Below, one piece after another: positions 58,843 to 64,000 of a DNA stretch of 64,000 nt. The DNA is from the human T2T-CHM13v2.0 reference genome, Homo sapiens. Positions within the stretch are counted from its first letter, which is position 1. Each line of letters opens with the position of its first letter. The notes under the pieces were generated by a model. It made no database searches, had not been told where the DNA came from, and was given only the letters and a program-made list of their open reading frames with translations. The stretch lies in NCBI RefSeq assembly GCF_009914755.1, contig NC_060926.1. One strand, written 5' to 3'. A program made the position numbers and the translations under genes.

Positions 58843-59123
58843 GGAGTTAAGAAGAGAACCACCTAAGCAGCTAGATGGGGGTTCTCTGTCATTTGGCAAT
58901 TCTTGGTTTTTTGCTTATTAAGCCCAAGCTCCAGCCGTGATCCACTTACTCCACTTTTTCGCGGAATAAATTCAGGTCTTCCTTCAGTTGCTCCAGCCTC
59001 ATGCACTGGCTGATTATGATAGCTTACAGTTTGGAATTAATAAGCTTGTTCACACTGCACCCAATGCCACTGGAATGTCTCCTTTGTGAAATGTAATTTA
59101 ATTCACCTCAGTGGTAAAGGTGA

Positions 59124-59658
<535 letters not shown>

Positions 59659-60147
59659 TTAAAAAAAAAAAAAGAAACAGGGTTTCCATGTTGGCCAGGC
59701 TGATCTCAACTCCTGGCCTCAAGCAATCCACTCACTTCAGCCTCCCAAAGTGCTGGGATTACAGGCGTGTGCCACTGCGCCCAGCCAGCTATACCATTTT
59801 TTTCAAGTTTTTGTCTTTGAAGCTGGGATGCATCTTACAATTCATAGCATGTCACACTTTAATTGGCAGCATGTTTCTCTTGTGGTACATAAAATTATGG
59901 CAGACTTACAGTCATAAGCACCTTAGATTCTTTGAAGTATAGTTGTCTTCTGTTGTGGTGTTCATTTACTTTCAGGCCAGGGCACATTGACACAGAAATT
60001 CCACACTTCCTTAGGAGGCATTCCTTTTCATTTCAACGAAAACTTCAGACAACTGACGGGGTTTTGCAGATAGTGAGTAGAGGAGGTGCAGCAGGTAAAA
60101 ACGATTCCAGAAAACCAGGGCAAGAGGGGCATGCAGGCCTGCTGTAG

Positions 60148-60291
<144 letters not shown>

Positions 60292-61070
60292 TAAGTAGCT
60301 GAGATTACAGGCACACGCCATCACATGTGGCTAATTTTTATATTTTTAGTAGAGATGGGGTTTCACCATGTTGGCCAGGCTGGTCTCAAAACTCCTGATC
60401 TCAGATGATCAGCCTGCGTCAGCCTCCCAAAGTGCTGGGATTACAGGCGTGAGCCATCGCGCCCAGCCTCACACAGGTCTTTAGGTGGCTGGTGTCACAG
60501 GGTGGACTTCAGTCAGGCCCAGTCAGAGCAGCTCCTCCTGCCTGGCCTATCATGAGGGTTCAGGTCCTTACACCTTATTGTCTGTTTTCACAGTGAGAAT
60601 ATGGGAAATTCTCTGGCATCTGTTTTCTGGGAAGGTTTACTCTATTTCAGCACCAAGGACCTAAGACAGGCAGCTGCATTTCCTAATCCTGATTCCTTAA
60701 AGTAAACTGTTACAGCCAGTTAGTGTGATCCTGGAGTGTGTCCAGCTGCAGAGGCAAGAGCTAGTACCTGTGTGGCAGACCGGAAATAGATTTCAAAATG
60801 CACAGCTGCAGAATTCAGGAGTAGAATGAAGGCCTAGGGTCAAGCCCTGTTTTTCATCGTGGGCTCCTCCATTCACGCTCGTTGACACCTTTCCTGGCCA
60901 TGCTGTTTAACTTCCATGTCAAGAAAAAACCCTGACAAAGCCTGGTAATACTGACACAAGTGGAGTGTACTTAAGCAGAGAGGGAGTGATGTTCACTAGG
61001 CTGTTGTTCTTCCCCACCCTTTGGCATTTGTGTCGTGTCCTGACGCCTTGTTTGTGTCTTCCGCCTTCAG

Positions 61071-61171
61071 TGCTGTTCCCTCGTCACACCAATGCCAGTG
61101 CTCGAGACAACACCATCAACCTGATCCACACGTTCCGGGACTACCTGCACTACCACATCAAGTGCTCTAAG
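61071..61171 (+). CDS. ARPC2: ARPC2 exon 9 ([34 protein letters not shown])
   Basis: CCTTCAG| acceptor, AAG|GTGAGG donor; 101 nt, cumulative 777 nt. Confidence 0.97.
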
Positions 61172-61527
61172 GTGAGGGGGGTGCCAGCATCTCAGCCTCT
61201 ATGCTCTGGGTCTTTTCCTCCACCAGAACTCCTGACAGAAAGTCATTCCATTAGTCTACGCTGTGGATATTGACTCTTAGGTAAATAATTCTAGAGGCTT
61301 CAAGAAACCATGGTCTTTCTTCATCAAGCCACTGTCCCCCATCCCTCCCTATAGCAGAGATGAATATTTGTTTCCAGAATTGCTCACCTTCCTGCTTCCC
61401 TGCAGGGCCTGGGTCAATCCCAGGGTGTATGTTCCCAACCGCCCTTGATGACCTCTCTGATGAAAGACAGCAAAGCTGTCTTTCTAGACCATGACTGTGC
61501 TTTAGTACCTGTTATGTTTGTTCCCAG

Positions 61528-61628
61528 GCCTATATTCACACACGTATGCGGGCGAAAACGTCTGACTTCCTCAAGGTGCTGAACCGCGCACGCCCAGATG
61601 CCGAGAAAAAAGAAATGAAAACAATCAC
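61528..61628 (+). CDS. ARPC2: ARPC2 exon 10 ([34 protein letters not shown]); stop-containing exon lies beyond the window
   Basis: TTCCCAG| acceptor, CAC|GTAAGT donor; 101 nt, cumulative 878 nt with no stop codon. Confidence 0.96.
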
Positions 61629-62849
61629 GTAAGTTAGGCAGCACCCCAGCGACCACCTTCCTCTCCTGAGTCACCGAGAAGGAAGCAGTGGGCGCTGGTG
61701 GCCTGGTCCTCCATGTATCTGGGCACTGGCTACATATGAGGTCAGCAGGGCTAAGTAGATAAACCAAAGGTGGGATTCCATGTTCTCACTGCCATATAGG
61801 CCAGGATGGGTTTCCTTGTTTCCGTATCTTTGTGAGCTATGAGAATGGCAGCTAGGAAATAAACAAAGTTTACCAAGAGACTGTTCTTTTTGGGCCTGAG
61901 TTATGAGGTCAGTCTTGTGCTTTTGGTGGTCTTTCTGGAGAGATGGAGTAAGTTGCTTAGGGACCTTTAATTGGGTAAATAGGCCTGAAACCACCCCACT
62001 AAGTGTTCTTTTTCCTGGTCCACTCTCAGCAGGAAGTTTGCATGCAGAGGAAGGTTCTCTTTATCAGGGATAGAATTGAGGAGAGCCCTGACGGGCGCTG
62101 TGGCTCACGCCTGTAATCCCAGCACTTTGGGAGGCTGAGATGGGTGGATCACAGGGTCAGGAGTTCAGGACCAGCCTGGCCAAGACGGTGAAACCCCATC
62201 TTTACTAAAAATACAAAAAAAATTAGCCGGTCGTGGTGGCAGGTGCCTGTAGTCCCGGCTACTCGGGAGGCTGAGGCAGAGAATTGCTTGAGCCCAGGAG
62301 GCAGAGGTCGCAGTGAGCCAAGATTGTGCCACTGCACTCCAGCCTGAGCGACAGAGTAAGACTTAGTCTCAAAAAAAAAAAAAAAAATTTGAGGAGAGCC
62401 CTAAATAGGGGTGTGGCTCTGCATGCAGGAAAGGCGAGCATGGCCTAGAGCCTAGAGAGTTCCATCTTTGTGAAAGGTGCCAGACCTTGGTTCTTCTGAT
62501 GAAATTCAGGCAGTCCTGTCCTTAAGATAAGGTAATAGTGTTCATTTGCTGGTTTTTGTTTGTTTGTTTGTTTTTTGGTGGGGGTGTTGGGGGAGACAGA
62601 GTCTCACTCTGTCGCCCAGGCTGGAGTGCAGTGGCGCGATCTCAGCTCACTGCAGCCTCTGCCTCCCAACTAGCTGGGACTGCAGGTGCACACCACCACG
62701 CCCGGCTAATTTTTTGTATTTTAGTAGAGATGGGGTTTCACCATGTTGCCCAGGCTGGTCTAGAACTCGTGAGCTCAGGCAATCCACCCACCTCGGCCTC
62801 CCATCTGCTGTCTTTTGTACCAGTTGAACTAAAAGTCTTGAGGTCATAA

Positions 62850-63475
<626 letters not shown>

Positions 63476-63602
63476 TGAGGCAAAGTTTTAGTGGGTGTGG
63501 TACGCCTAGGGCTTTACACTCTCTCTCTTGCATTTGAGGGCTCTTCTACCAAGTTAGTTTCTGCTGTCATTTGAAAGGATGAGAAAGAGATCAAGGACTT
63601 GA

Positions 63603-63710
<108 letters not shown>

Positions 63711-63787
63711 TGAGGTCAGGAGTTGGAGACCTCCAGCCTGACCAACATGGAGAAACCCCATCTCTACTAAAAATACAGAATTAGCTA

Positions 63788-63928
<141 letters not shown>

Positions 63929-64000
63929 TCAAAAAAAAAAGCACTTTTTAAGTCACCTCGACTTCTTTAGGCAAAGGCCTGTCTCTGTAGCAGCTCAGAG

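Overview
Alu-dense, primate-type genomic DNA, recognisable as the human ARPC2 locus (2q35 from prior knowledge). ARPC2 (Arp2/3 subunit p34) is on the + strand, with a CpG-island promoter at ~28.7-29.7 kb, a non-coding exon 1 and nine coding exons (ATG 29173 to 61628). The coding exons splice in frame to 878 nt; the last exon lies beyond the window. The upstream 28 kb is mostly Alu, L1, L2, MIR, MaLR and MER fragments, plus an HMGB1 processed pseudogene nested in an MLT1 LTR and interrupted by an Alu. Most notable observations: (1) a ~190-bp, ~86%-identical inverted duplication that I do not recognise as a transposon, placed symmetrically around the ARPC2 core promoter; (2) an intron-containing tRNA-Tyr copy with an ATA anticodon that looks like a pre-tRNA/Alu retro-chimera at a repeatedly reused target site; (3) AG|GT recursive-splice-like signals, including one at the start of exon 7. 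Repeat subfamily calls and repeat boundaries are by eye and approximate.
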